Below, one piece after another: positions 1-10,020 of a stretch of DNA of 64,000 bases. The notes beneath the pieces were generated by a model. The model ran no database searches. It worked only from the letters and a program-made list of their open reading frames with translations, and was not told the DNA's origin. The DNA is from Candidatus Bathyarchaeota archaeon. Lineage in GTDB: Archaea; Thermoproteota; Bathyarchaeia; Bathyarchaeales; Bathycorpusculaceae. Location: assembly GCA_963782525.1 (NCBI GenBank), contig CAWAKC010000001.1, positions 224,001 through 288,000 of the forward strand, read 5' to 3'. Made by a program: the position numbers and the translations under genes. Positions within the stretch are counted from its first letter, which is position 1. Every line of letters begins with the position of its first letter.

Positions 1-35
1 TATTGGTGAGTTAAGATTGCATAGAGGCAAATTGT

Positions 36-1664
36 ATGCGTAGTGACCAGATTAAGAAAGGAACTGAGAAAGCGCCTCATCGAGCGCTCCTGAAATCGTT
101 GGGTTTAGAAGACGATGATATAGCTAAGCCGTTGATTGGATTAGCTAACAGTTACACAAACATCGTTCCCGGGCATATTCATCTCCGCACCATTGGGGAA
201 GCGGTTAAAGAAGGCATCTTAGCTGCTGGTGGCACACCGTTTGAATTCAGTACGATTGCGGTTTGCGACGGCATCGCCATGGGGCACGAAGGAATGCGGT
301 ATTCCTTGCCTTCACGCGAAATAATCGCTGATTCCGTGGAGATTATGCTTCAAGCTCATAGTTTAGACGGATTGGTTATGATTTCGAACTGTGACAAAAT
401 CACTCCAGGCATGCTGATGGCAGCTGCAAGAGTCGACATCCCAGCAATTATGGTTACAGGTGGACCCATGGCTGCTGGACACTACCGCGGCAAAAAGATC
501 AGTTACTCATCAATGCCAGAAGCACTTGGACAGGTGGCTGCTGGAAAGATGACGGAAGGAGAACTTTGCGAGTTGGAAGAAAATGCGTGTCCAGGATGCG
601 GCAGTTGCAGCGGCATGTTCACCGCCAATACCATGGCGTGTTTAACTGAAGCCTTGGGGATGTCTTTGCCGTACTGCGGAACCTCACTTGCGAACAGCGC
701 ATTCAAACTGCGGTTAGCCAGAGCTACAGGCAAACAAATCCTTAAACTAATCAAAGACGACCTCAAACCTTCGCAGATTCTTACAAAGGAAGCCTTCGAA
801 AATGCCATCGCAGTCGATATGGCTCTTGGCGGCTCAACCAACACCACGCTACACCTGCCGGCAATCGCTAAAGAAGCAGGCTTAACCCTTCCTCTGTCAA
901 GATTCGACGAAATCGGACGAAAAGTGCCCCACTTATGCAGCATGATTCCAAGCGGATCTTACGCCCTTGAAGACTTAGACGCAGCTGGTGGAGTTCCTGC
1001 AGTCATGAACGAACTCAAAACTCTGCTTAACCTAAACGTTCCAACGGTCTCAGGAAAAACAGTCGGCGAAAACATCAAGAACGCAGTGGTCCTCGACAGA
1101 GAAGTCATCCACAGCCTTGCCAACCCAGTTCACAAAGAAGGCGGCATCGCCATATTAACCGGCAACCTTGCACCCAAAGGCTCAGTCATAAAAACTGCAG
1201 GCGTCTCACCAAAAATGCAAAAGCACACGGGCCCAGCAAAAATCTACGACTCAGAAAAAGAAGCCCTAACAGCCATCCGAGGAGGTCAAATCAAAGCAGG
1301 CGACGTGGTCGTCATTCGCTACGAGGGACCAAGAGGTGGACCTGGAATGCCTGAAATGCTGTTTCCAACCGCTACCATCGCAGGCATGGGACTCAGCGAA
1401 AGCGTCGCACTAATCACTGATGGACGCTTCTCAGGTGCCACACGAGGAGGCAGCATCGGACACGTTGCTCCAGAAGCCTTCGACGGTGGACCAATTGGAG
1501 TCCTAAAAAATGGCGACACCATAACCATCGATATCCCAAACCGCGTCCTAAAAGTGGAACTGTCCGACAAAGAACTCAAAGCCCGTTTAGCTGCTTGGAA
1601 ACCAAGAGAACCCAAAATCAAAAAGGGCATCCTCTCCCGCTACAATCCAGCGCCAACCGAATAA
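36..1664 (+). CDS. ilvD: dihydroxy-acid dehydratase
   Basis: Motifs [59 protein letters not shown]. Confidence 0.97.
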   Translation: MRSDQIKKGTEKAPHRALLKSLGLEDDDIAKPLIGLANSYTNIVPGHIHLRTIGEAVKEGILAAGGTPFEFSTIAVCDGIAMGHEGMRYSLPSREIIADSVEIMLQAHSLDGLVMISNCDKITPGMLMAAARVDIPAIMVTGGPMAAGHYRGKKISYSSMPEALGQVAAGKMTEGELCELEENACPGCGSCSGMFTANTMACLTEALGMSLPYCGTSLANSAFKLRLARATGKQILKLIKDDLKPSQILTKEAFENAIAVDMALGGSTNTTLHLPAIAKEAGLTLPLSRFDEIGRKVPHLCSMIPSGSYALEDLDAAGGVPAVMNELKTLLNLNVPTVSGKTVGENIKNAVVLDREVIHSLANPVHKEGGIAILTGNLAPKGSVIKTAGVSPKMQKHTGPAKIYDSEKEALTAIRGGQIKAGDVVVIRYEGPRGGPGMPEMLFPTATIAGMGLSESVALITDGRFSGATRGGSIGHVAPEAFDGGPIGVLKNGDTITIDIPNRVLKVELSDKELKARLAAWKPREPKIKKGILSRYNPAPTE

Positions 1665-1706
1665 AATAAAAACTGAAAGGAGCAAAGAAATGGTGGGCTG
1701 CTTGGT

Positions 1707-1958
1707 TTACCAGTAGCGTCCCCCCATCATGCCCATTCCCATACCCATTCGGTAGGAATGAACGCCTTGTTGTGGAACTTTGGAGTAGCCGCTGTTGGGT
1801 GCTAAGTATACGTTATTGCCAGTGTAGCCTTGTGGGGTTTGGCTGTAGGTACCGGTTTGGTTTTGGGTGTTTACGTATTGTGCGTAGGTTACTCCAGCAA
1901 CTGCCATGATTACAAGCGACAGTGCCAAAGTTACGAGGATTATTTTTGTTTTAGTCAT
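1707..1958 (-). CDS. small exported/membrane-anchored protein with Met/Gly-rich C-terminus
   Basis: Signal-peptide-like N-terminus (MTKTK plus hydrophobic run), C-terminal MGMGMGMMGG, SD-like GAGGTG upstream on the minus strand. Confidence 0.75.
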   Translation of the reverse strand: MTKTKIILVTLALSLVIMAVAGVTYAQYVNTQNQTGTYSQTPQGYTGNNVYLAPNSGYSKVPQQGVHSYRMGMGMGMMGGRYW

Positions 1959-2013
1959 TTGTGTTTTTCACCTCAACATACATATGGGCTTGGGGTGGTT
2001 TGAGGGTTGGCTG

Positions 2014-2075
2014 ATACAGGTTTGAAACGGTTTGGTGAAACGGTTTCTTCGTGTTTTGATGGTAAAAACCTGTAT
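2014..2075. promoter_or_regulatory. putative operator between divergent genes
   Basis: Perfect 10-bp inverted repeat ATACAGGTTT (2014-2023) / AAACCTGTAT (2066-2075) enclosing the direct repeat TGAAACGGTTT (2023-2033, 2036-2046). Confidence 0.5.
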
Positions 2076-2128
2076 AACACTGTGATAAGCCTTAAATCCC
2101 CCGTGAATACGTCTAATTTAGATATAAA

Positions 2129-2737
2129 ATGAAAAGAGTTAACATGTTTCTAACCATACTGATTGCATCCATAGCAGCCTTAGTAGCTTCAACAGCCATA
2201 GGCTTCGCCGTCTTCGCTTCCACCCAAAACTCAATCAATTGGATGAGCCAAATGTGGGGAGGAGGAAGCACAAGCTCAAGTACAGGCGGGATGGGAGGCA
2301 TGATGGGACAAACAGGAACCGCACAAGTTACCGCTAATCCGTCGCTGACTTACTTCGGCGTTTTATTCGCTGTATTGGTTAGCGTCACAGTCGTTGGAAT
2401 AATCGGGATAGCATACTACTTAGTTTATCCACAGATTCGAACGGGCGCCATGCCAGCGATGCCAAGCACGTCAGTAGCTCAACCAGTATCAAACGGATCC
2501 ACGCCATATGAATCCGTCTCAAAAACCCTAACTGAAGAAGAACGCAAAATCATTGAAGTCCTAAACAAACACGAAGGCAAATACCTTCAAAAATACATCC
2601 GAAACGAAACAGGCCTAAGCCGACTCCAAACCCACCGCATCATCGCACGCTTAGCCGACAGAGGCATCGTTTCGCTGGAAAAAACCGGCAACACCAATCA
2701 AGTTTACTTGTCTAGTTGGCTGCAACAAAAGAACTAG
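2129..2737 (+). CDS. membrane-anchored winged-helix transcription regulator
   Basis: Two hydrophobic helices around a GGMGGMMG loop, then a C-terminal wHTH (LTEEERKIIEVL...LSRLQTHRIIARLADRGIVSLEK). Confidence 0.8.
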   Translation: MKRVNMFLTILIASIAALVASTAIGFAVFASTQNSINWMSQMWGGGSTSSSTGGMGGMMGQTGTAQVTANPSLTYFGVLFAVLVSVTVVGIIGIAYYLVYPQIRTGAMPAMPSTSVAQPVSNGSTPYESVSKTLTEEERKIIEVLNKHEGKYLQKYIRNETGLSRLQTHRIIARLADRGIVSLEKTGNTNQVYLSSWLQQKN

Positions 2738-2889
2738 CAAACCAACTTCGTAATTTAAAAAACAAAAATTATCCTCTATTTTTTAATTATTTAATACAAT
2801 TTTTTTGAGCAAAAGAGGAATAGAACTTAGCGGTTGTTGTTTCATCCATGCAACAACATCGCCTTATATCAAATTGTATCGTTAGAGGG

Positions 2890-3025
2890 TTTAGAAGCAA
2901 ACTACTAAGAGCCAAGTTGGGCGGGTCTGGCGACTAACAAAGGAGGAGGCACCTGCGACTATTTTTGCCCTCACCGATGTTAGCCCATGGCTAAATTCGC
3001 TTAATTAACTACTTTTCCCCCTTAA
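2890..3025 (+). ncRNA. candidate structured small RNA
   Basis: GC-rich island downstream of TATA-like CTTATATC (2863-2870); nested stems CTAACA/TGTTAG and GAG-GA-GGCA/TGCC-CTC; no convincing ORF; family not recognised. Confidence 0.3.
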
Positions 3026-3154
3026 ACCAATTTGACAGATTTTTGATGTGTAGAAATGGTTAGGAAGGATTTGTAAAATTAAAGAATGCCCAACAGGCTC
3101 ATCACTTTTTCAAGTAATTGTCTGGTTGCCAACTGTAAAGGTTTAATCGGAAAC

Positions 3155-3170
3155 CGTAAACTTTTTATTT
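3155..3170 (+). promoter_or_regulatory. BRE/TATA-like promoter of ilvBN with a long (~180 nt) leader
   Basis: CGTAAA followed by CTTTTTATTT about 200 nt upstream of the ilvB start. Confidence 0.5.
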
Positions 3171-3212
3171 GCACAGCTAGTTCTTTTTAAAGAACGTGGA
3201 GTTTAAAGAGGC

Positions 3213-3372
3213 ATGAACATGAGGGATCGTCACCTCAATAGTTGGGATCGTCGGGTACAACTTTTCTAATTCACCCAGATTACCCTCTAAATATACCACT
3301 AAAAAATTCTCGCAAACAATAATCCTAGACGACAGTATAGTTGTTAAATCAAACCATAGGAGACTGAATTGA
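3213..3372 (+). other. putative Ile/Val-rich leader frame of ilvB (ATG out of frame by 1 nt as read)
   Basis: Frame 3223-3372 reads GIVTSIVGIVG...TIILDDSIVVKSNHRRLN* and stops at the ilvB start; ATGs at 3213/3219 join it if one G of AGGG is removed. Confidence 0.35.
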
Positions 3373-5081
3373 AAATGGCAAAAATGTCTGGTGCACAAGC
3401 ACTCTTAGAATCCCTTGAACATCAAAAAGTTGAAGTTATCTTCGGCATATTAGGCGGCGCAATCCTCCCAGTATACGATGCGTTATGCGGCAACAAGAAA
3501 ATCCGCCACATCCTCGCACGACATGAGCAGTGTGCAGCACATGAAGCTGAAGGTTACGCAAGAGCCAGCGGAAGAGCAGGCGTATGCATGGCAACCAGCG
3601 GCCCGGGAGCCACCAACCTAGTGACAGGAATCGCTAACGCCTACATGGATTCCTCGCCGATAATTGCTTTAACTGGACAAATTCCAGCCTCAGGCACCAA
3701 CACCAGCTACATGATTGGCAGAGATGCCTTCCAAGAAGCAGACATCATCGGCATCACCACCGCCATCACCAAATACAGTTACCAGCCACGAACCGTTACT
3801 GAAATTCCCCTCATGGTTAACAATGCCTTCTACATAGCAACAACAGGCAGACCTGGACCCGTCCTAATTGATCTACCAAAGAACGTCCAATCAGGAATGG
3901 CCGAAGTCGAATTTACGAATAAAATTGATTTACGCGGCTACAAACTACCGACCGAACCGAATCCAGCAAGAATCAGCGAAGCTTCAGACCTGTTAGCCAA
4001 AGCTCAATGCCCGATCATTCTGGCAGGCGGCGGAGTCATAACTGCAGGTGCATCCGATGAACTGGTTAAAATGTCAGATTTACTGATGGCGCCAGTCGCT
4101 ACTACCTTCATGGGAAAAGGAGCATTCCCAGAAAATAACCCATTATCACTCGGAAGCATCGGCATGCATGGTAATCCAGCAGCTAACAAACTGATGGGTG
4201 AAGCAGACGTATTACTGGCTGTCGGAACAAGGTTTTCTGACCGCGCAACCGCAAACCTAGACAGCTTTGCCCCAAACGCTAAAAAGATTCACATAGACAT
4301 CGACGACGCAGAAATCAACAAGAACATCGAAATTGACGTTCCCATCGTTGCAGACGCTAAAGTCGCGATGAAGATGCTTTACACTGCAGTCTCACAGAAA
4401 TTGCGGAAGGGCGAAGGCAAAGCATGGACGAAACGAGTGAAAGAAGCTAAAGAACAGCTAAGTCCCCTTCTAAAAGAGTTGCCTAAAGACTTAATGCCTA
4501 AAGCGTTGCTAGTGGAGCTAAGGAAACTGTTGCAGGAAAACGCCATAGTCACTACCGAAGTGGGGCAAAACCAAATGTGGTCTGCGCTATACTTCCAAGC
4601 ATTAAAACCACGCACATTCATCAGTTCAGGCGGACTTGGAACCATGGGATTTGGTTTCCCAGCAGCAATAGGCGCAAAAGTCGCGTGCCCAGACCGACCA
4701 GTCGTGGACGTCGCAGGCGACGGCAGCTTCATAATGTCCGAGCAAGAACTAGCGTGCTCAGTAACGGAGAACATCCCAGTCACAGTCATCGTGCTAAACA
4801 ACTCAATCCTTGGCATGGTGGCGCAGTGGCAACGTATGCTCTACAAACGTCGCTACATGGCTGTTCACTTAGGCAAAACTCCAGACTTCGTTAAGTTGGC
4901 AGAAGCTTACGGAGCCCAAGGCATACGTGCAACGTCAATCGAGGAGTTCCACAAAGCTGTTAAGACAGCACTTACTAGTAAAGTAACAACGGTAATCGAC
5001 GTGCCCATTGGCTCAGAAACCGATGTGGTTCCCTTTGTGCCTCCAGGCTGCGGTTTACCCCAACAGATAGGTGACTACTAA
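3369..5081 (+). CDS. ilvB: acetolactate synthase large subunit (start probably ATG 3375)
   Basis: RHEQ, ATSGPGATN, DAFQE, SGGLGTMGFGFPAAIGA and TPP-binding GDGSF...NN motifs. Confidence 0.96.
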   Translation: MKMAKMSGAQALLESLEHQKVEVIFGILGGAILPVYDALCGNKKIRHILARHEQCAAHEAEGYARASGRAGVCMATSGPGATNLVTGIANAYMDSSPIIALTGQIPASGTNTSYMIGRDAFQEADIIGITTAITKYSYQPRTVTEIPLMVNNAFYIATTGRPGPVLIDLPKNVQSGMAEVEFTNKIDLRGYKLPTEPNPARISEASDLLAKAQCPIILAGGGVITAGASDELVKMSDLLMAPVATTFMGKGAFPENNPLSLGSIGMHGNPAANKLMGEADVLLAVGTRFSDRATANLDSFAPNAKKIHIDIDDAEINKNIEIDVPIVADAKVAMKMLYTAVSQKLRKGEGKAWTKRVKEAKEQLSPLLKELPKDLMPKALLVELRKLLQENAIVTTEVGQNQMWSALYFQALKPRTFISSGGLGTMGFGFPAAIGAKVACPDRPVVDVAGDGSFIMSEQELACSVTENIPVTVIVLNNSILGMVAQWQRMLYKRRYMAVHLGKTPDFVKLAEAYGAQGIRATSIEEFHKAVKTALTSKVTTVIDVPIGSETDVVPFVPPGCGLPQQIGDY

Positions 5082-5593
5082 TGGAAACAGGAAAAACCAA
5101 AGTAATCAGCATCCTAGTTGAAAACAAACCAGGTGTACTCCATACCATCGCAAACCTGTTCCGACGAAGAAACTTTAACATCGAATCCATCACGGTTGGC
5201 CCCACACAACAAGAGAACATATCACGCATGACCATAACAATCAAAGGAGACGAAAAAACAACCGAACAAGTTGTCAAACAAGTCGCCAAACAAATCGACG
5301 TCCTCAAAGTCGACGAGCTCTCACAAGGCAACTTCGTAATCCGCGAACTATCTTTGATAAAAGTTAACGTGCCAACCTCAAAAGAACGCAGCGACATAAT
5401 CAACTGTGTAGAAGTCTTCCGGGGCAGAATAATTGATGTCTCAACTGACAGCGTAACAGTTGAAATCACCGGAACCCCCGACAAAATCGACGCATTCCTC
5501 AACCTCATGAAAACCTACGGAGTCATAGAACTCGCCAGAACAGGCATAACAGCCCTAGCCAGAGGCGCAAAATCGATAAGAATCGACGAATAA
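5081..5593 (+). CDS. ilvN: acetolactate synthase small regulatory subunit
   Basis: ACT domain ENKPGVL...RRNFNIESITV, C-terminal ELARTGITALARG; overlaps the ilvB stop. Confidence 0.96.
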   Translation: METGKTKVISILVENKPGVLHTIANLFRRRNFNIESITVGPTQQENISRMTITIKGDEKTTEQVVKQVAKQIDVLKVDELSQGNFVIRELSLIKVNVPTSKERSDIINCVEVFRGRIIDVSTDSVTVEITGTPDKIDAFLNLMKTYGVIELARTGITALARGAKSIRIDE

Positions 5594-5689
5594 ACAGCAT
5601 TGACATAGCGGAAATACTTAATTGCTTGTTCTTTAAAATTCCCATTTATCTTAGGCATATTTAGGTTAATTCAAGGTAAAGGAAAGACT

Positions 5690-6958
5690 ATGAACATAAC
5701 AGAAAAAATCTTAGCCAAGGCTTCAGGAAAGAAAGCCGTACATCCAGGCGAAATCGTCGACGCAAACGTCGACATGATCATGATACATGACTTAACTGGA
5801 CCCTTAGCGGTTGAAGCCTTCAAAAAAATAGGCTCACAAAAAGTTTGGAATAACAAAAAAGTAGTGGTAATTCTGGACCATCAGGTTCCAGCAGAATCAG
5901 TAAAAGCAGCAGAACTTCACAAAACCATGAGGCAATTCGCCAAAGACCAAAACGTCACCTTCTACGACGTAGGCAGAGGCGGAATATGCCACCAAGTTAT
6001 GCCAGAAAAAGGACATGTAACACCAGGCAACGTAATCGTTGGCGCAGACAGCCACACATGCACCTACGGAGCATTCGGCGCATTCGCCACAGGTATCGGC
6101 TCAACCGAAGCAGCCGCGGTTATGGCTACAGGAAAAATCTGGTTCAAAGTACCCCCAACAATCAAAGTTAACGTTAAAGGCACCTTCAAAAAGTACGTTA
6201 CCCCAAAAGACCTAATCCTAAACGTAATCGGCAATTTAGGTGTAGATGGCGCCATATACAAAGCAGCGGAATTCACAGGTCCAACTATCCAAAAAATGAG
6301 CATAGCAGGGCGTATGACCGTTTGCAACATGGCAGTTGAGATGGGCGCCAAAAACGGCATAATCGCACCCGACGAAACAACAAGCAAATTCTTAGAAAGC
6401 AGAGTCAAAAACTTACCAGACTTCAAAGCCTTGCAAAGTGACAAAGACGCAGTTTACGAGCGCACAGTTAAATTTGATGTTTCTACGATGGAGCCACAGG
6501 TAGCTTGCCCATCCTCAGTTGACAACGTGAAACCCATCGCGGAAGTTGGAAACGTGCCAATCGAACAGGCATTCATCGGTTCCTGCACAAACGGCAGAAT
6601 CGAAGACTTACGCTTAGCTGCAGAAGTCATCAAAGGCAAACGCGTCAAAGACGGCGTACGAGCCTTAGTTATTCCTGCTTCCCAAGAAGTCTACCGTCAA
6701 GCCTTAAACGAGGGCTTAATGGAAATCTTCACCGACGCAGGCGCCATAGTGTGCGGTTCCGCATGTGGACCATGCTTAGGCGGCCACATCGGCTTACTGG
6801 CAGCGGGCGAATCATGCGTTAGCAGCAGCAACCGCAACTTCATCGGCAGAATGGGCAGCACCCAAGCAAACGTCTACTTAGCATCACCCGCAACCGTAGC
6901 GGCATCAGCAATCACAGGCAAATTAACAGACCCCACAAAGCTGGAGACAAAACCATGA
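5690..6958 (+). CDS. leuC: 3-isopropylmalate dehydratase large subunit (homoaconitase family)
   Basis: GADSHTCTYGA, FIGSCTNGR, CGPCLG and SNRNFIGRMG motifs; leu operon context. Confidence 0.92.
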   Translation: MNITEKILAKASGKKAVHPGEIVDANVDMIMIHDLTGPLAVEAFKKIGSQKVWNNKKVVVILDHQVPAESVKAAELHKTMRQFAKDQNVTFYDVGRGGICHQVMPEKGHVTPGNVIVGADSHTCTYGAFGAFATGIGSTEAAAVMATGKIWFKVPPTIKVNVKGTFKKYVTPKDLILNVIGNLGVDGAIYKAAEFTGPTIQKMSIAGRMTVCNMAVEMGAKNGIIAPDETTSKFLESRVKNLPDFKALQSDKDAVYERTVKFDVSTMEPQVACPSSVDNVKPIAEVGNVPIEQAFIGSCTNGRIEDLRLAAEVIKGKRVKDGVRALVIPASQEVYRQALNEGLMEIFTDAGAIVCGSACGPCLGGHIGLLAAGESCVSSSNRNFIGRMGSTQANVYLASPATVAASAITGKLTDPTKLETKP

Positions 6959-7455
6959 ACAGCAAAATCAAAGCGCCAGCCATAAAATTCGGCAACAACA
7001 TAGACACAGACGTCATCCTACCAGGCAAATACCTAATCTTAGTTGACCCATGCGAATTAGCAAAACACGCATTGGAAAGCTTAGACACCGAATTCGTCAA
7101 CAAAGCCAAAAAAGGCGTCATATTAGTTGGCGGCAAAAACTTCGGCTGCGGCTCAAGCAGAGAGCAGGCGCCCTTAGCGTTAAAGTATTCAGGCGTCAAA
7201 TGCGTCATCGCCGAATCGTTCGCCCGCATCTTCTTCCGCAACGCAATAAACATTGGTTTACCCGTAATCGAATGCAAAGGCATATCAAGCGCGGTGGAAA
7301 CAGGCGACGAATTAGTCGTTGACTTTGAGACGGGCAAAATCGAAAACGCTTCAAACGGCAAAAAATTCCAAGTCGAAAAACTGCCACCATTCATCCTAGA
7401 AATCTTAGCTGATGACGGATTAATCGAGAACTTAAAAGGAAAGATGAAAAAATGA
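6955..7455 (+). CDS. leuD: 3-isopropylmalate dehydratase small subunit
   Basis: NIDTDVILP, NFGCGSSREQA, SFARIFFRNAINIG motifs. Confidence 0.93.
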   Translation: MNSKIKAPAIKFGNNIDTDVILPGKYLILVDPCELAKHALESLDTEFVNKAKKGVILVGGKNFGCGSSREQAPLALKYSGVKCVIAESFARIFFRNAINIGLPVIECKGISSAVETGDELVVDFETGKIENASNGKKFQVEKLPPFILEILADDGLIENLKGKMKK

Positions 7456-8489
7456 CAGAATACAAAATATCCTTAATTCCCGGCGATGGCATCGGGCCAG
7501 AATTAACCGAAGCCACCCTAAAAGTCTTAGATGCAGTTCAGAAAAAATTCGGCGTTAAACTGCAGATCATTGAAGCTGAAGCAGGCGACGTTGCCCTTGA
7601 AAGAGTAGGCGCCGCATTGCCAGCAGATACCATTGAGAAAGTTAAGAACTCCCACGCTTGCCTAAAAGGACCCGTAGGCGAATCAGCAGCAGACGTCATC
7701 GTTAAATTGCGCGTCATGTTTGACCTTTACGCTAACCTACGCCCATTAAAGGCATACCCCAACGTTCCAGTCGCCAGACCAGACATCGACATGCTCTTTG
7801 TCCGCGAAAACACTGAAGACGTCTACAAAGGCTTAGAATTCACAATCGGCGCAGACACCACCTTGTGCCTACGCGTTATCACACGAGGAAACTGCGAACG
7901 CATCGCTCACAAAGCCTTCCAAATGGCACGCCTACGCAACGGCAAAAAGAAAGTCACAGCCATTCACAAAGCCAACGTTATGCGTGTAACCGACGGTTTA
8001 TTTCGTGACGTCTGCCGCGAAGTCAGCAAAGGCTATCCCGACATCGCGTTTAACGAACTCTACGTTGACGCCGCATCCATGCGACTAATTAAAGAACCAG
8101 AAATATTCGATGTCTTCTGCACTTGCAACATGTTCGGCGACATCCTCAGCGATGAAGCCGCACAGCAAATCGGAGGCTTAGGCATGGCTCCAGGCGCAAA
8201 CGTCGGCGAAAACTTTGGATTATTCGAACCCATCCATGGCTCCGCACCAAACAGAGCAGGAAAACATACCGCCAACCCAATCTCCATGATACTTTCAGCG
8301 AAAATGATGCTGGAGTGGCTGGGAGAAAAATACGGTGACAAGAAATGCTTACAAGCAGGCGCAGCCATAGAGAACGGTGTAGTTTACGCTTTGCGTAACC
8401 GTCAATCTGTTCCAGACTGCGGCGGCACCACCACAACCGTGGGCATGGCAGAAGCTATCGCTGCAGCCCTAACTGTGAAAAGTGGCTGA
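7452..8489 (+). CDS. leuB: 3-isopropylmalate dehydrogenase
   Basis: PGDGIGPE, RENTED, NMFGDILSD, FEPIHGSAP motifs; ATGA overlap with leuD. Confidence 0.88.
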   Translation: MTEYKISLIPGDGIGPELTEATLKVLDAVQKKFGVKLQIIEAEAGDVALERVGAALPADTIEKVKNSHACLKGPVGESAADVIVKLRVMFDLYANLRPLKAYPNVPVARPDIDMLFVRENTEDVYKGLEFTIGADTTLCLRVITRGNCERIAHKAFQMARLRNGKKKVTAIHKANVMRVTDGLFRDVCREVSKGYPDIAFNELYVDAASMRLIKEPEIFDVFCTCNMFGDILSDEAAQQIGGLGMAPGANVGENFGLFEPIHGSAPNRAGKHTANPISMILSAKMMLEWLGEKYGDKKCLQAGAAIENGVVYALRNRQSVPDCGGTTTTVGMAEAIAAALTVKSG

Positions 8490-10020
8490 AAGCATGACCA
8501 ACAAAACCTCAAAAAGCATCCGAATTTTTGACACAACCTTAAGAGACGGGGAACAAACCCCCGGAGTTTCTTTAACTGCAGACGATAAGATTGAGATAGC
8601 AGTCCAACTCAGCAAACTAGGCGTAGACGTTATTGAGGCGGGTTTTCCGAGTTCTTCTGATGGCGAAAAAAAAGTCGTCAAAGATATTGCCAACTTGGGT
8701 TTGACCTCAGAAATCTGTAGTTTATCTCGGGCAACGAGAGGAGACATTGACGCAGCAATAGCTTGTGACGTTGATTTAGTTCACGTTTTCATACCAACCT
8801 CACCAGTCCAGATGAAGTATGCAGTTAATTTGACTCCCGAACAGGTATTGGCTTCCACAGTTGATTCGGTTTCTTACGTGAAGAAGCATGGTGTAAAATG
8901 TGAGTTTTCGCCGATGGATGCCACACGTTCCGAGATGCCCTTCTTAAAACAGGTTTGTAAAGCCGCACAGGATGCAGGCATGGATAGCCTAAATGTACCT
9001 GACACCGTCGGCATCATGATTCCAAAAACCACAATAAAACTCATTGAAGAATTAAAAACCGTAGTCACCGTGCCTATAAGCACCCATTGTCATGACGACT
9101 TTGGTTTAGCTGTCGCAAACAGTCTAGCAGCGGTCGAAGCTGGCGCAGCCCAAGTGCATGTCGCCGTCAACGGCTTAGGTGAACGGGCAGGCAACGCGTC
9201 GCTAGAAGAAGTCGTGATGGCGCTGCACATTATTTACAAGTACAAAACAAACGTCAACACCCGTTTACTCTACAGCACATCGCGAATGGTTGCGTCCTTA
9301 ACTGGCATTACGGTGCAAGCTAACAAGGCAATCGTTGGCGAAAACGCCTTTGCCCACGAATCAGGCATCCACACACGCGGTGTAACAGAGAAACCGTTAA
9401 CTTTCGAACCAATAAACCCCGAATTAGTCGGCAGAACAAGAAAACTTGTCGCAGGCAAATTAGCTGGAACCCGAGGAATAAAAGCGGAACTTGAAGAAAT
9501 CGGCATCCACCCAACCGAAGAGCAACTCAAAGAAATCGTTCAACGCGTCAAAGATTTAGGCGACAAAGGCAAGATGGTCACTGATGCCGACTTGATTGCG
9601 TTGACTTCTGCTGTGATGGGTGAGGTGCTCGGTGAAGAAAAAATCATTGACTTATGCGACATGGCAGTCGTCACAGGCATCAAAGTCATTCCAACCGCTT
9701 CTGTACGCTTAATTTTAAATGGCAAAGAATACGTTGCCGCCGAAACAGGCGTGGGACCAGTAGACGCTGTTTTGAAGGCAATTCAGAAGTTGACCAGCAG
9801 CATAGAAAACATCCGCCTAAGCGAATACCGACTCGAAGCTATCACAGGCGGTTCAAACGCGGTGGCTGAAGTCGTTATAAAAGTCGAGGATGAAAAAGGC
9901 AACATCGTCAGCGCCCGAGCAGCCCGAGAAGACATCGTTATGGCATCTGTTGAAGCAATGATAAATGGCATAAACAAACTCTTGCTAAAGAACCATCAAA
10001 AGCAGGGAAACAAAAAGTGA
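8482..10020 (+). CDS. leuA: 2-isopropylmalate synthase (LeuA/CimA family)
   Basis: DTTLRDGEQTPG, HCHDDFGLA, GERAGNA, AFAHESGIH and a C-terminal regulatory domain; citramalate synthase activity not excluded. Confidence 0.85.
   Translation: MAESMTNKTSKSIRIFDTTLRDGEQTPGVSLTADDKIEIAVQLSKLGVDVIEAGFPSSSDGEKKVVKDIANLGLTSEICSLSRATRGDIDAAIACDVDLVHVFIPTSPVQMKYAVNLTPEQVLASTVDSVSYVKKHGVKCEFSPMDATRSEMPFLKQVCKAAQDAGMDSLNVPDTVGIMIPKTTIKLIEELKTVVTVPISTHCHDDFGLAVANSLAAVEAGAAQVHVAVNGLGERAGNASLEEVVMALHIIYKYKTNVNTRLLYSTSRMVASLTGITVQANKAIVGENAFAHESGIHTRGVTEKPLTFEPINPELVGRTRKLVAGKLAGTRGIKAELEEIGIHPTEEQLKEIVQRVKDLGDKGKMVTDADLIALTSAVMGEVLGEEKIIDLCDMAVVTGIKVIPTASVRLILNGKEYVAAETGVGPVDAVLKAIQKLTSSIENIRLSEYRLEAITGGSNAVAEVVIKVEDEKGNIVSARAAREDIVMASVEAMINGINKLLLKNHQKQGNKK

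Noticed and set aside
2014-2075. Short GAAAC-containing repeats reminiscent of CRISPR repeat ends
   Set aside because: Only two 11-bp copies 2 nt apart, with no spacers and no cas genes.
3196-3222. GTG mini-ORF MEFKEA* in frame with the Ile/Val frame across TGA-ACA-TGA
   Set aside because: Joining would need read-through of two UGA codons, and I see no supporting signal.
3177-3398. 73-aa minus-strand ORF over the ilvB leader
   Set aside because: Antisense to the leader and ilvB start, with no motif or expression signal.
5594-5689. Search for a Leu-rich leader before leuC
   Set aside because: Short UTR with no suitable start codon, Leu run or hairpin.
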